IMG/VR virus record: IMGVR_UViG_3300020421_000008
DNA from: an uncultured virus (IMG/VR IMGVR_UViG_3300020421_000008)
Taxonomy: Duplodnaviria; Heunggongvirae; Uroviricota; Caudoviricetes
DNA length: 64,000 nt
Direction: 5' to 3' (one strand)
Shown: positions 18,431-28,503 of the stretch, one piece after another
Position numbering within the stretch: the stretch's first letter is position 1
How the letters are laid out: each line of letters opens with the position of its first letter
The notes under the pieces: generated by a model
Database searches by the model: none
The model's input: the letters and a program-made list of their open reading frames with translations, nothing else
Told to the model about the DNA's origin: nothing
Translations under genes and position numbers: made by a program

Positions 18431-19303
18431 ATGATGTCAGGACCCAGATTGGCGAAGCAGTATGTAAGTAATTATCTTGCAAACGACTTGCCACCCAGAT
18501 TAATTACATACAGAAACCACTGGAATCTTAGCGAGTCACAATTGCCAGATCCACGAAAGGTTTTAACATACGAGCCTTTTGCGCTAGATACGTGGCCAAC
18601 ACTTATATCTTTAGTTATAAATACTAGATCAGTTGATCGTGAAGGGTACGAATACGATTACGACCCTAATTTTAGGGTTACATACGAGATGCGGACATAT
18701 GTGTGGACAAGAGCAAATGGTGCGCAGACGGTCACAGAACAACGAGATAACCTTACGACTGTTGTCCGTGAGTCCTTAATGGATGGAGCTTCGCTCTCAT
18801 CTTATGACAGCACAGTTCCTTGCTATCCAAAAATAAACGAATCGACAATTAGGGAAGAATTCTCTGATTTAACCCTTATAAAGGGAGAGCGTCTTTTAGC
18901 AGGATCGTATGTAGCATACGATCTATCTCTTGAAGAAATAATTGATCATACCCCAGTAGGTATTATGCAAACGCATGAGAACACTGTTTCAAAAATTGCA
19001 GTTACTGCAAATTCCCCCACGAATGTTATTGCAGTGGCTGGCAATGCGCAAGTTACATTGGCTTGGACCACCTCAACATGGAGTGGTGGAGTTTATGAGA
19101 TAACGGGGTATCAGATTCAACAAAGCACAGATGGTGGCTCTACATGGAGTACGTCTGTCGCTGATACGGGATCTACTGATACCGCAAAGACGATTACTGG
19201 ATTAACTAACGGAAATAAATATTTATTTAGGGTTGGTGCAATAAACGCAGCAGGTACTGGTGCTTATTCAGCAAATAGTTTATCTGTTACACCATCTGCT
19301 TGA
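18431..19303 (+). CDS. Putative tail terminator/completion protein with C-terminal fibronectin type III domain
   Basis: Position before the sheath; PTNV.AVAGNAQVTLAW...ITGY...TITGLTNG..Y.FRVGAIN.AG.G. Confidence 0.7.
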   Translation: MMSGPRLAKQYVSNYLANDLPPRLITYRNHWNLSESQLPDPRKVLTYEPFALDTWPTLISLVINTRSVDREGYEYDYDPNFRVTYEMRTYVWTRANGAQTVTEQRDNLTTVVRESLMDGASLSSYDSTVPCYPKINESTIREEFSDLTLIKGERLLAGSYVAYDLSLEEIIDHTPVGIMQTHENTVSKIAVTANSPTNVIAVAGNAQVTLAWTTSTWSGGVYEITGYQIQQSTDGGSTWSTSVADTGSTDTAKTITGLTNGNKYLFRVGAINAAGTGAYSANSLSVTPSA

Positions 19304-19441
19304 TGATATTTATAGTTCCAACGATTTCTAGACACTCGGTGGTAGTATAATAAAGAATAGAGCAGACGCTTAGGCGTTTTGCCATTAGGCATGTTCGATA
19401 CTGGTATTGTATACATCTAATAAGGAATATGGAGGCTTAAA

Positions 19442-20953
19442 ATGCCGGGAGTAAACGTAACAACTGCGGTACGTAGTGGCCCTGTTGGGACTAACGACGT
19501 TGAAGCAGGTCAGTTGTTTGTTGTTGGAGAAGCCGAGCGTGGGCCTACAGATGAACCCACACTTTTAAGATCCTTCAGTGACTACACAACCTACTACGGA
19601 AATTATCAGTCAGGGAGCCTTTACGCACATGTAAAGACATACTTTGACGAAGGAGGCGCACGTTGCTATGTTATGCGTGTGGCTGGAGGTAGTTCTGCCG
19701 CAGGTAGCATTACCCTAAATAACTCAAGTGGTTCCGCTACAATGGACATCACTGCCAAAAATGTTGGCGCATGGGCTGATAACTTGAAAGTTCAAGTTCT
19801 TGCTGCAGACGTTTCTGGTTTCAGACTACAAATTGTTTTAGATGGGGAAACCCTATTAACAACTCGTGACCTCACGAGCGTTACAGACGGTGTTAATGTA
19901 ATTAACACTTCTGCGGTTGCCCATCTTATCACTGCAAGTGACAACACTACAGCAACTGGCAACCCTGCCACTGTTGCTTCCACCGCATTATCCGGTGGAT
20001 CGAACGGTAATGCTGTTTCAGATGCCGACATTGTTGCAGCACTTGCTACAGATACAACGAAATTAAGTCCTAACCTTAAGTCTGGTGCCATTGCTGCCCC
20101 AGGTCGAGGTAAGGGAGCATCAGCAGATGCTATATGGACTGCTTTGAGAGATCATGCTGAAGCAAACAATCGTATTGCTCTTCTTGGTTTCAACAGCGGA
20201 ACCGCTGCAGGTACCGCTAAGACAGAAGCGTCCGCATATTATGCTGATTCAAAAGCATCATACATGGCTTTCTATTGGCCAGAGATTAAAGTTCCAGTTC
20301 CAAACTCTTCAGAGTTAGCAACAGGAACATCTTCACTTGCTGGATCAACTCTTACAATTGATCCTGTATGTTACGCTGCTGGAGCTCGTGCTAAAGCAAT
20401 TGCTGAAGTCGGCGGTCCATGGCGTGCAGGCGCTGGTCAAATATCTTCTGCGAAAACTGTTAAAGACTTGGCTTCAGATGTTACCCCAGCAACGGGAGAC
20501 GCACTTGACAATGCTAGAGTTAATGCCATACGTAAGATTGGTGATCAAATCCGTGTTTACGGTGCAAGATCAGTTTCTAACGATGAAGCAAACTGGCGCT
20601 ATATAACAATGCGTGATACAATGAATTACATTACTCTTGGAATTGAGGGCCGTATGGAAGAATACGTTTTCGAAACCATTGATGGTAGTGGTAACTTGTT
20701 TGGACGTATTCGTGGATCAATCAAGGCATTCCTTGAGCCAATCCGCATTGCAGGCGGTTTGTATGAAGCATACGATGTAAACGGGCAATTGATAGATCCG
20801 GGTTACAACGTCATTGTTGATGGAACAATTAATCCTGCTACTCAACTCGCTACTGGCTTAGTTAAGGCTCAAGTCGGAGTAAGGGTTTCTGGAGTCGCAG
20901 ACTTAATTGATATAGTAATTACTAAGAGCAATCTATCAGCCCCACTTATATAA
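19442..20953 (+). CDS. Contractile tail sheath protein
   Basis: MPGV.V, VGEAERGP, YFDEGG..CYV.RV, RVYGARS..WRYI; GGAGG RBS. Confidence 0.92.
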   Translation: MPGVNVTTAVRSGPVGTNDVEAGQLFVVGEAERGPTDEPTLLRSFSDYTTYYGNYQSGSLYAHVKTYFDEGGARCYVMRVAGGSSAAGSITLNNSSGSATMDITAKNVGAWADNLKVQVLAADVSGFRLQIVLDGETLLTTRDLTSVTDGVNVINTSAVAHLITASDNTTATGNPATVASTALSGGSNGNAVSDADIVAALATDTTKLSPNLKSGAIAAPGRGKGASADAIWTALRDHAEANNRIALLGFNSGTAAGTAKTEASAYYADSKASYMAFYWPEIKVPVPNSSELATGTSSLAGSTLTIDPVCYAAGARAKAIAEVGGPWRAGAGQISSAKTVKDLASDVTPATGDALDNARVNAIRKIGDQIRVYGARSVSNDEANWRYITMRDTMNYITLGIEGRMEEYVFETIDGSGNLFGRIRGSIKAFLEPIRIAGGLYEAYDVNGQLIDPGYNVIVDGTINPATQLATGLVKAQVGVRVSGVADLIDIVITKSNLSAPLI

Positions 20954-20965
20954 GGAGTAAGGTAA

Positions 20966-21412
20966 ATGGCTAAAGCAACACAGAGACAAATCGTTGCAGA
21001 GATACATCCAGTTGAGCTTCCAGGGCACACCAAGGGTCCATTGTTTGACAAGTACTTTGCAACTGTAAGCGGTGGCGAGATTAGCGCTTCTGTGGAAAAG
21101 GTATATGATGGAAACAGCACTTTTCCAGAGGTTCTATGCGCACCGTCTGAAATTGGCGACATAACTGTAAGCAAATTCTACGATCCAGAGATTGATACAA
21201 CCAAGTTGAATCAACTTCGACAAATAGTTGGAATGGCTTATTACGATGTTGTTATCATGACCCTAAACTGCGACCTTAAAGAACCAGGCTCTGAGCGTAC
21301 ATACGCTAAGTGCCTACTTGTTGGCCTTTCGGAGCCTGATGGTGATGCATCATCTGGTGCTCCTTCAGCATACTCACTGACATTCTCAGTAAGTTCAGTT
21401 GCAGCAATATAA
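20966..21412 (+). CDS. Tail tube protein
   Basis: 148 aa directly after the sheath; F..VSGGE, DITVSK.YD. Confidence 0.8.
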   Translation: MAKATQRQIVAEIHPVELPGHTKGPLFDKYFATVSGGEISASVEKVYDGNSTFPEVLCAPSEIGDITVSKFYDPEIDTTKLNQLRQIVGMAYYDVVIMTLNCDLKEPGSERTYAKCLLVGLSEPDGDASSGAPSAYSLTFSVSSVAAI

Positions 21413-21441
21413 AAAGTTAAATAAACTTTTCTTTTAGAACT

Positions 21442-21470
21442 GGCACCACCTTGAGTGGTGTCTTTTCTTT
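21442..21470 (+). terminator. Intrinsic terminator after the tail tube gene
   Basis: GGCACCAC-CTTGA-GTGGTGTC-TTTTCTTT. Confidence 0.8.
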
Positions 21471-21548
21471 GTGTATCTACTTGACCACCTTAGCAAATTT
21501 TACTATTATATTTATGAAGTTGATCGCACATGAATATAAGGAAAAACT

Positions 21549-22283
21549 ATGGCAATCCCAACAGTATCAAGCAGTGTAAACATCAAAGACTTACACCCTA
21601 AATTCAAACAAAGACTTGAAGCGTTCTTTGCAGATCCACGAATCAAAGGAAAAGTATCCGTTGTTTCTGGAGTACGCACGTACCAACAGCAGAAGTACCT
21701 GTATGATGGGTACAAGAGTCGCCGTCCGGGGTTCAATCTAGCGGCCAACCCAGATCGAGTAAATAGCGCAGGGTTCCAAGGCTCATACCATATGAGCCAA
21801 CCTAAATTTCAAGGCTATGGGTACGCAGTAGACTTTAGAATCGTGGGCAAAGGGCTTACCACCACACAGGTAAATGCTATCGCCAAAGAATACGGTATTC
21901 AAAAAACCGTAGCTTCTGAGTGGTGGCACCACCAGCCTTGCCGTGTCAGTGGAGCAAAAATGGATTGGTTCCCTGTAGGCAAGGAAAAGAAGTTACCTAA
22001 AGCTGCTTCTGTTAAGAAAGAACAAGAAGATGTGTTTGCATTTATTGGTGAAGCGATTAAAACTACACTACGTAAAGGTGCAAAGGGCCCAGTTGTAGAG
22101 TTTTTACAAAAACTTTTAGATAAGAATGGGTACAAACTTTCAAATCGTCCTAAAAAATATTCTGGCGTAGACGGTGATTTCGGTAAAATGACTGATCGTG
22201 CTGTTCGCCAGTTTCAAAAAGATGAAGGTCTAGTTGTTGATGGTATAGTTGGTCCCAATACTTGGGGCAGACTCATCGACTAG
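21549..22283 (+). CDS. Endolysin: M15-family Zn peptidase plus peptidoglycan-binding domain
   Basis: SG.RT..QQ.YLY, S.H....AVD, EWWH; LRKG..G..V..LQ..L...DGDFG..T..AV..FQ...GL.VDG.VGP.TW. Confidence 0.85.
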   Translation: MAIPTVSSSVNIKDLHPKFKQRLEAFFADPRIKGKVSVVSGVRTYQQQKYLYDGYKSRRPGFNLAANPDRVNSAGFQGSYHMSQPKFQGYGYAVDFRIVGKGLTTTQVNAIAKEYGIQKTVASEWWHHQPCRVSGAKMDWFPVGKEKKLPKAASVKKEQEDVFAFIGEAIKTTLRKGAKGPVVEFLQKLLDKNGYKLSNRPKKYSGVDGDFGKMTDRAVRQFQKDEGLVVDGIVGPNTWGRLID

Positions 22284-22312
22284 TTGACACACCTAGCGGA
22301 AAGAGGTAACAT
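22284..22312 (+). promoter_or_regulatory. SigA-type promoter TTGACA-17-TAACAT, leaderless
   Basis: ATG at 22319 lies 6 nt downstream. Confidence 0.75.
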
Positions 22313-22318
22313 AGCAAT

Positions 22319-22843
22319 ATGAGTACTGATAAAAATACTGAAGAAATTGAAGTTGCATCTGCTGAGACTGATGCACCTGCTGCTAAGAAAAAAACTGCTC
22401 GTTTGACAGTTTTGGATCAATTAAAGGAAGAAATCTCTAAAGAGGTTACTCGTCCTGACATTGAAATTCCAGTGCCAGAGCGCAAAGGCGTCACGGTGAG
22501 GTTTTCTCCAAACATTACAAATGAACAACTAAAATCTTGGCGACGAAATGCTACAAACCGTAAAACAGAAGAACTTGATTCTATTAAGTTTTCTTGTTAC
22601 GTTGTAGGTCAGACTGTTAGTGGAATTTATTTCAATGATGAAATTGTTTTGGACGACGAGGGTAACGAGATTACCTTTGCTTCTCCTGTAATCATGGAGA
22701 TGACTAATACTGATCGTCCATTACCTGACGCAATTCGTGCATTTTATGCCGTTGACCCTCACTTAGAATCTGTAGCACTCAAGATACTTGATTATGCAGG
22801 TTACGGTGATGATATCGACGCAGAGGACCCTACGCTGGGCTAG
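22319..22843 (+). CDS. Tail assembly chaperone
   Basis: Directly upstream of the tape measure gene; ends EDPTLG. Confidence 0.75.
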   Translation: MSTDKNTEEIEVASAETDAPAAKKKTARLTVLDQLKEEISKEVTRPDIEIPVPERKGVTVRFSPNITNEQLKSWRRNATNRKTEELDSIKFSCYVVGQTVSGIYFNDEIVLDDEGNEITFASPVIMEMTNTDRPLPDAIRAFYAVDPHLESVALKILDYAGYGDDIDAEDPTLG

Positions 22844-23037
22844 TTGAAGAATTAGCCGGGGATATAAGGATCAGATCAGCGGCACGACTAGCCGAAGCAT
22901 TTCATACTGATCCTATTCAAATTCTAAATGCTGATTATGATGAGTGGTTAATACGCTTGGCTGTTGCCAAAGCCCTTGCAAGCGATCATGCTGAAAGGGA
23001 AAGAAAACGCAACAATACTACAGGTGGTTACGGATAA
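22825..23037 (+). CDS. -1 frameshift extension of the tail assembly chaperone (G-T type)
   Basis: Overlapping -1 frame with no start codon at its 5' end (LVEELAGDIRIRSAARLAEAFHTDP...GGYG*); candidate slip site GGACCCT. Confidence 0.7.
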   Translation, partial: GPYAGLVEELAGDIRIRSAARLAEAFHTDPIQILNADYDEWLIRLAVAKALASDHAERERKRNNTTGGYG

Positions 23038-23099
23038 CATACTGGGAATTTTTGTAGAATAACTACAAAGGTTCCCAGTTTTTCTGTTTTGAGGTAGCA

Positions 23100-26000
23100 A
23101 TGGCTGTTGAAGAAAAAGTAATAATTAAGGTCGAGATTGATTCTGACATCACAAATGATCTTAACGCTATTGAACGACGCATAAAAAACCTAGATGCCAC
23201 CACGAAAAAGTTTAACAAAACTAATCGTGACTTAGATAGAACTACGAATAAACTCACAAGTCGCTTTAGTAAAATGACCAATGTTCTTAAGGGGTTCAGT
23301 AGAGCTTTTCTTAATTTTGTTAAACTGATGGGAAAGTTTTCTTTTATTGCCCTTGCTGGACACATTGCTTTAGTTACGGCTGGATTGTTAGCAGCTAAGG
23401 CGGCTTTGATAACTGGTCGTGCTGCTGTTAAGTTATATGATGTTGCATTAAAAGGTTTAACTGTTACCGCTGCAGCTTTAGCGACAACTTTGGCTGTGGC
23501 TGCTGCTGCTATGCGAGAGTTTCAAGAAGCGCAATTAGCACCATTGTTAGGCGGTGGTAGGGTAGGCATGGAAAAGGCGAGAGGATTCACTGCGGGAATT
23601 AGCAGTAGAAATATGGGTTTGCTTGGCGGTGAAGCAAACACTGCTATTATAAACCAACTTGCTAGATCTGGAATTCGAGGGCCTCAAGCCAATGCATTAA
23701 TTACTGGTATGTTTAATGTTACTGGTGGTGACGCTAAAGCGGTAACTTCATTGGCTGCTGCTATTGGATCTAGAAGCTTTGCTGATGCTAAAACAGCAGT
23801 TCAAGGCGCACAAGGCTTTAACAAAGGTTCTTTAGGCGGAGTCACCACTATGGCTGGTCTTATTGGCGCTGTTAGTTCTGGCGCAGCAACTGCTTCAAGT
23901 TATCAAGGGCTATCTCAAAACATGGGTGGTACGTTAATAGGAACCGCAAAAACTCAGTTTGCTAGTCAAAAGGGATTGTTTGCTGACTTAGGCGAGCCTC
24001 TTCTTGGTCCATTCCGAGATACATTTTTAGAAATATCTAACATTATCAAAAACGATATTATCGCTATGGCTTCGATAATTCAAAAATTTGGTGAAGGTTC
24101 GTTTGCTCCTACATTGGTTACCACTATTAGAGCTATCTCTGGTTGGGTTCGAGAAAATGTTTTGGAAGACATTGATCGAATTGAAGAAATGGGAAAAAGT
24201 TTCGTTGACTTCTTTGTAGGAGTTAGAGACTTCTTTGAATCCATGGGTGCATGGTTTAATAAGTTTGAGCCTGCAGCCAACTTATTGTTAGACATGTTTA
24301 AAGCAATGGGTAGTGCCGCTGGAGGTAGAGGTCTTTTCGCAGAGTTTAGGCAACTTATGACGGGTAATGCCGATAACTTTATTAAGTTTGGTGAAGCCAT
24401 TGGTAACGTTATAGGTTCTTTGTTTGATCGCTTGTCTAATGGCCAGACAGGATTCTTTGATAAACTTCCTTTAATTAACAACGTTTTGAACTCGTTAGCA
24501 AATAATGTTATTCCTGCCATGTTTAATTTGTTTAATACTATTTTTCCTATCCTTGAAGAACTACCTGATGCTCTTAATACCTTGGCTACTGTATTGAATT
24601 ACCTTGCGCCTGTTGTGTCATCTCTTGTGTCTGCTGTTGTACAGATAGCTGGCTTGATAAACTCTATAGGTGGCGATAATGGCTTAGGAAGCCTCCTAGC
24701 GGTGGGTGCCATGTATATGGGTGGTCGAAAGTTAGGAATATTTGGTAAGGGTCGTGCCATGGCTAAGGCTGGCACAGCTGCTGCTAGAGCAGGAGGAACG
24801 TTTGTTCCAGGTGCGACTGCAGCTAATGGAGTTAGGACAGGCGCTAGAGCTGCTTGGGGTCGTGGAATGACTGCAACTCAGCGCGCTTGGACAGGAACTG
24901 GAGGCACAGTAGATAGAATGATGTCTCAAAGGGTGAATCTTGCCGGTAGCAGGTGGGGATTGCCAAGAGAGTACGCCCAACGTGGTATACGTGGTACAGG
25001 GAACATGCTTTATAGTGGTTACGAGCGTACGTCTAATCTTGGTAGAGCTATTGGCGGATCAAGGCTTGGTCAAGGGATTTCCAAGTTTGGTAAATTTGCA
25101 GGAGGTAAAGCACTTCCAGGTGTTGGTGCAGTTTTTTCAGGTATGTCGGTAGCAGACACTTGGGGGAATGCAGCCCAAACTGGAGACATGGGATTTGGCG
25201 GTGCGCTTCACGGAGCCATGGCAGGCGCAATGATCGGACAAGTGGTACCTCTCATTGGTCCACTGGTCGGTGGTATATTAGGTGCTATTGTTGGTGGTGT
25301 TGGTGAATGGATTGCCGCCGGAAAAGGTCAAGAAAAAATAAAAAAAGAAGCAGTGAAACAAGGTGACAGAATAATGGACACCGTCACATCTTTTGAGGCG
25401 GGTTCAGGCTTCGAAGCATACCAACAACAAGCATCGATACACGAAGATTGGCAAGCGGCTATACTGGCTGGTCAAGATGAATATGGACGAATGAAAATAG
25501 AAGAGGATGGTTCGTTTGAAGGTGACACTGCTGACTTTGGTAAGTTTTTAGTTAATAACTTCGGCATAGCCCCTGAGTCAGTTCATCAGGACAATCTTTT
25601 TGGTATTTTATTGGAATCAGGGCTACTTGATGAACTTGAAGCTAACTTATTAGAAGCAGAAGATCTTTATTTTAGGCAGATGAATGCTGTTGCGGAAATA
25701 ACTGGAGCGACAGCAGAGCAGATTGAAGGCTTTATGACCGCCCTTAATCTTGATGCTTATACAGACTTTAACGAGTCTGCTGTCGGTGTGTTAATGAATC
25801 TTTTTAATCTTGATCCTATCGACAGAGGAAGATCTTTTGTTGGCGATATAGACTTTAGTACCAGTATGGTTGGTATGACGAATAGATCTGCTTCGGCTAA
25901 TGCTGCTTTAAACGCATTTAAAGAAAGTGGTATGATGGATGAAAGTTTGCTTATGGACTTCATTGAATCAGCAGCCATCGCAGAAGTTGCTATGGGTGGA

Positions 26001-26651
26001 AGCGCTGACTTGGCTGGTTATTCCGTACTTCAATCCATAAGAAACTTGCAAGCGGAGGGAGCATTTGGTGATGTTGATGTTGTTGGCAACTTTGATATAA
26101 TTGGACAGCAAGAGAGACAACTGGAGTTAATTTCCGATAATTCTGGAATTCCCGTATCTCAACTGGAAGGCATGTCACCTAATGAAATTGATGCAGCGCT
26201 AAAGCAAGTGGATAAAAATAGAGACATATATAAGGGTGTCTTCTTTGGAGACAGAGGCATATCTGAGTTAACCCCAGACATGCTTGAAGGGTTTGACTCA
26301 AAGGCGTTTGGTCAATACGTAATGCACCATGAGGACAACAGGGACTTCATGAGAAACCGTGACAATCAAGGCTACATTGACGCTATAATGAGTGGTGATC
26401 TTGCTGGAATTGAAGCCGTTATCGGTCAAGAGGCATCACAGCAAATGCTACTTAATTTCATGACGGAAACTGGTCAGTACACTCAGGATCAAAATGACTG
26501 GCTGAAGACAATTGCTGACAACACAGCCTTGGGGACTCAAGTTATTGTTAATGCTGAAACAGTTGAGGGTCGTGGAGTTGACACGGTAATGCTTGAAATA
26601 CGTACTGAAGTAAACGCAGCTGTGGCAGCGGAAGCAGAGGATAATAACTAA
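23100..26651 (+). CDS. Tape measure protein
   Basis: 1183 aa, Ala/Gly-rich helical with hydrophobic segments; follows the chaperone. Confidence 0.85.
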   Translation: MAVEEKVIIKVEIDSDITNDLNAIERRIKNLDATTKKFNKTNRDLDRTTNKLTSRFSKMTNVLKGFSRAFLNFVKLMGKFSFIALAGHIALVTAGLLAAKAALITGRAAVKLYDVALKGLTVTAAALATTLAVAAAAMREFQEAQLAPLLGGGRVGMEKARGFTAGISSRNMGLLGGEANTAIINQLARSGIRGPQANALITGMFNVTGGDAKAVTSLAAAIGSRSFADAKTAVQGAQGFNKGSLGGVTTMAGLIGAVSSGAATASSYQGLSQNMGGTLIGTAKTQFASQKGLFADLGEPLLGPFRDTFLEISNIIKNDIIAMASIIQKFGEGSFAPTLVTTIRAISGWVRENVLEDIDRIEEMGKSFVDFFVGVRDFFESMGAWFNKFEPAANLLLDMFKAMGSAAGGRGLFAEFRQLMTGNADNFIKFGEAIGNVIGSLFDRLSNGQTGFFDKLPLINNVLNSLANNVIPAMFNLFNTIFPILEELPDALNTLATVLNYLAPVVSSLVSAVVQIAGLINSIGGDNGLGSLLAVGAMYMGGRKLGIFGKGRAMAKAGTAAARAGGTFVPGATAANGVRTGARAAWGRGMTATQRAWTGTGGTVDRMMSQRVNLAGSRWGLPREYAQRGIRGTGNMLYSGYERTSNLGRAIGGSRLGQGISKFGKFAGGKALPGVGAVFSGMSVADTWGNAAQTGDMGFGGALHGAMAGAMIGQVVPLIGPLVGGILGAIVGGVGEWIAAGKGQEKIKKEAVKQGDRIMDTVTSFEAGSGFEAYQQQASIHEDWQAAILAGQDEYGRMKIEEDGSFEGDTADFGKFLVNNFGIAPESVHQDNLFGILLESGLLDELEANLLEAEDLYFRQMNAVAEITGATAEQIEGFMTALNLDAYTDFNESAVGVLMNLFNLDPIDRGRSFVGDIDFSTSMVGMTNRSASANAALNAFKESGMMDESLLMDFIESAAIAEVAMGGSADLAGYSVLQSIRNLQAEGAFGDVDVVGNFDIIGQQERQLELISDNSGIPVSQLEGMSPNEIDAALKQVDKNRDIYKGVFFGDRGISELTPDMLEGFDSKAFGQYVMHHEDNRDFMRNRDNQGYIDAIMSGDLAGIEAVIGQEASQQMLLNFMTETGQYTQDQNDWLKTIADNTALGTQVIVNAETVEGRGVDTVMLEIRTEVNAAVAAEAEDNN

Positions 26652-27430
26652 TGCCTTTTGTAACAACAACATGGGTAACTGATTTACCTACTGGATCACC
26701 ACCTGTAATTAGAACAGTAAATCCTGAGCGTGCTGTCTTGAGGACGACAGGGGTTCAAAATGATGAAGGTGAAAATGCTGATATTGAAGTAGCTTTTCCT
26801 TTTGGACCACGAGATATAAGTTATGACACTCTTGAAACTAAGTTTGTTCAGATTGCTAGACCAGGTAAAAAGCCAATTTTAGCAAAGCAGAACCAGCAAT
26901 TAAGCACTGTTACTTTTAAGGCGGTTATTGCCGATAAGGAAAGTGGTGGAGTTTTACCAGTTGTAGACCTTTTAGATGACCTGACAAAAATAGCAGAAAA
27001 TGGGTATAGTTGCAAGTTTGTTTATGGACACACGTCGTTATCTTTTTTTGTTGCTATAACTAAATTTAGTTATGCTGTTCAGTATAGGAATACTTCTGGT
27101 GAGCCAACAAGGGCGGAAGCCAGTTTTCAATTAACTGAATTACCTAGTATAAATCAAGAGATTGCAGAACTTTTGGCTGTTTATAGAACCCCAACATACA
27201 CGAAGGCAATTCCACCACCGCCTCCAACGGATCCTGAAGACGAGGCGTTGGAGATACTGTGGTCATCAATGCAACAGCCTGTACGATATCAACAACTTAT
27301 TCAGCGAGCAAGGCGTAGGGGCGAATTACCTGATCCAGACTCGATAACAAACTTCGCCCAAGCTCAACGATATACTTCATTGTTGGCTGAGTTGTATGAT
27401 CAATCCTTTGAAGACACTTTAATGCCTTAA
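26651..27430 (+). CDS. Tail tube initiator / baseplate hub-proximal protein
   Basis: FPFGP..ISY, RPGKKP, GEPTRA...L.E; follows the tape measure gene. Confidence 0.6.
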   Translation: MPFVTTTWVTDLPTGSPPVIRTVNPERAVLRTTGVQNDEGENADIEVAFPFGPRDISYDTLETKFVQIARPGKKPILAKQNQQLSTVTFKAVIADKESGGVLPVVDLLDDLTKIAENGYSCKFVYGHTSLSFFVAITKFSYAVQYRNTSGEPTRAEASFQLTELPSINQEIAELLAVYRTPTYTKAIPPPPPTDPEDEALEILWSSMQQPVRYQQLIQRARRRGELPDPDSITNFAQAQRYTSLLAELYDQSFEDTLMP

Positions 27431-27465
27431 TTGTAATCAAGGCATAGGAATGGTACAATAACAGT

Positions 27466-28503
27466 ATGGTTACTGTAACAACTTCTGTTGACTCTTTGAA
27501 AATAGGTGAAATTGGCGATAAGATTGTTGAGATACATGAGTCCACCACCAGACTTTCATACGACTTATCTGCTAGTATGGTGAGTCAAATTACCGTGAGC
27601 GTGCATGACGCTGATTTTGAAATGTACAGAAACAACTATTTTATGATTGGACGTACTGTTGAATACTTATCACAACTTTTTGAAATATCTGATGTAGACC
27701 TAGTTCATGGAAACACGGATAGTGTAAACTTTACCGCAAGGCTTCAAGCAACTCAAGCGATGCGAAGAGACAGAGGACCAATGTCTTGGGGGCAGATATC
27801 ACCATCAACGTTTGCTTCTTTAATGGCAGATAAGTTTGGTTTAGATAAGTTTATGGAAGACACGTCGGTTGATGGTGCAATTATTAGGGAACATAATGAT
27901 AAAAAAGATGAGTCAACTTTTGATGTTTTAAGAAGGTTGGCTAATGCTTTAGATTTTAGGTTTTTTGAAGCAAAGGGAGTACTATATTTCGCATCAGAAG
28001 AGTTTATTGTTTCAAACACAGATTCTTTTACTATTAACATACCTTCTGATTCTACGGATGCATATTTTGGTTCAAGGGTTGCATTAAAAAGATCAACTGA
28101 TACAAAAAAGGCATCGACAGCACAGTTGTCTCTAATTCAAAATTCTTCAACTTTATCAATCTACCCAGGCGCTTCTTTTGAAATAAAAGGCGTACCACAT
28201 TATGAGGGTAAGTATATGGTTGATCGAGTAACTTTTCAAGCAGGACCAACTTCAATAGTGAGTGTGAGTGGGACAAATGTTCTAGATTCAGATGACATGG
28301 CTTGCGCTTTAGAGAACTTTCAACAGGGATCTAAAGGCGAGTGTGTAAAGAGAATACAAATAGCGGTTGGGGTGACAAGTGATGGAGACTTTGGTCCATT
28401 GACTAAAGCTGCTGTTATAAAGTACCAATCCGCCAATGGATTAACAGCAGATGGAATAGTAGGTCCTTTGACATGGGATAAGATCATGGGAATAGTAGAA
28501 TGA
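27466..28503 (+). CDS. Baseplate hub protein (gpD/gp27-like) with C-terminal peptidoglycan-binding domain
   Basis: ES.FD.L.RLA...FRFF...GVLYF, GKYMVDRV; DGDFGPLTK.AV..YQ...GL.ADGIVGP.TW. Confidence 0.75.
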   Translation: MVTVTTSVDSLKIGEIGDKIVEIHESTTRLSYDLSASMVSQITVSVHDADFEMYRNNYFMIGRTVEYLSQLFEISDVDLVHGNTDSVNFTARLQATQAMRRDRGPMSWGQISPSTFASLMADKFGLDKFMEDTSVDGAIIREHNDKKDESTFDVLRRLANALDFRFFEAKGVLYFASEEFIVSNTDSFTINIPSDSTDAYFGSRVALKRSTDTKKASTAQLSLIQNSSTLSIYPGASFEIKGVPHYEGKYMVDRVTFQAGPTSIVSVSGTNVLDSDDMACALENFQQGSKGECVKRIQIAVGVTSDGDFGPLTKAAVIKYQSANGLTADGIVGPLTWDKIMGIVE

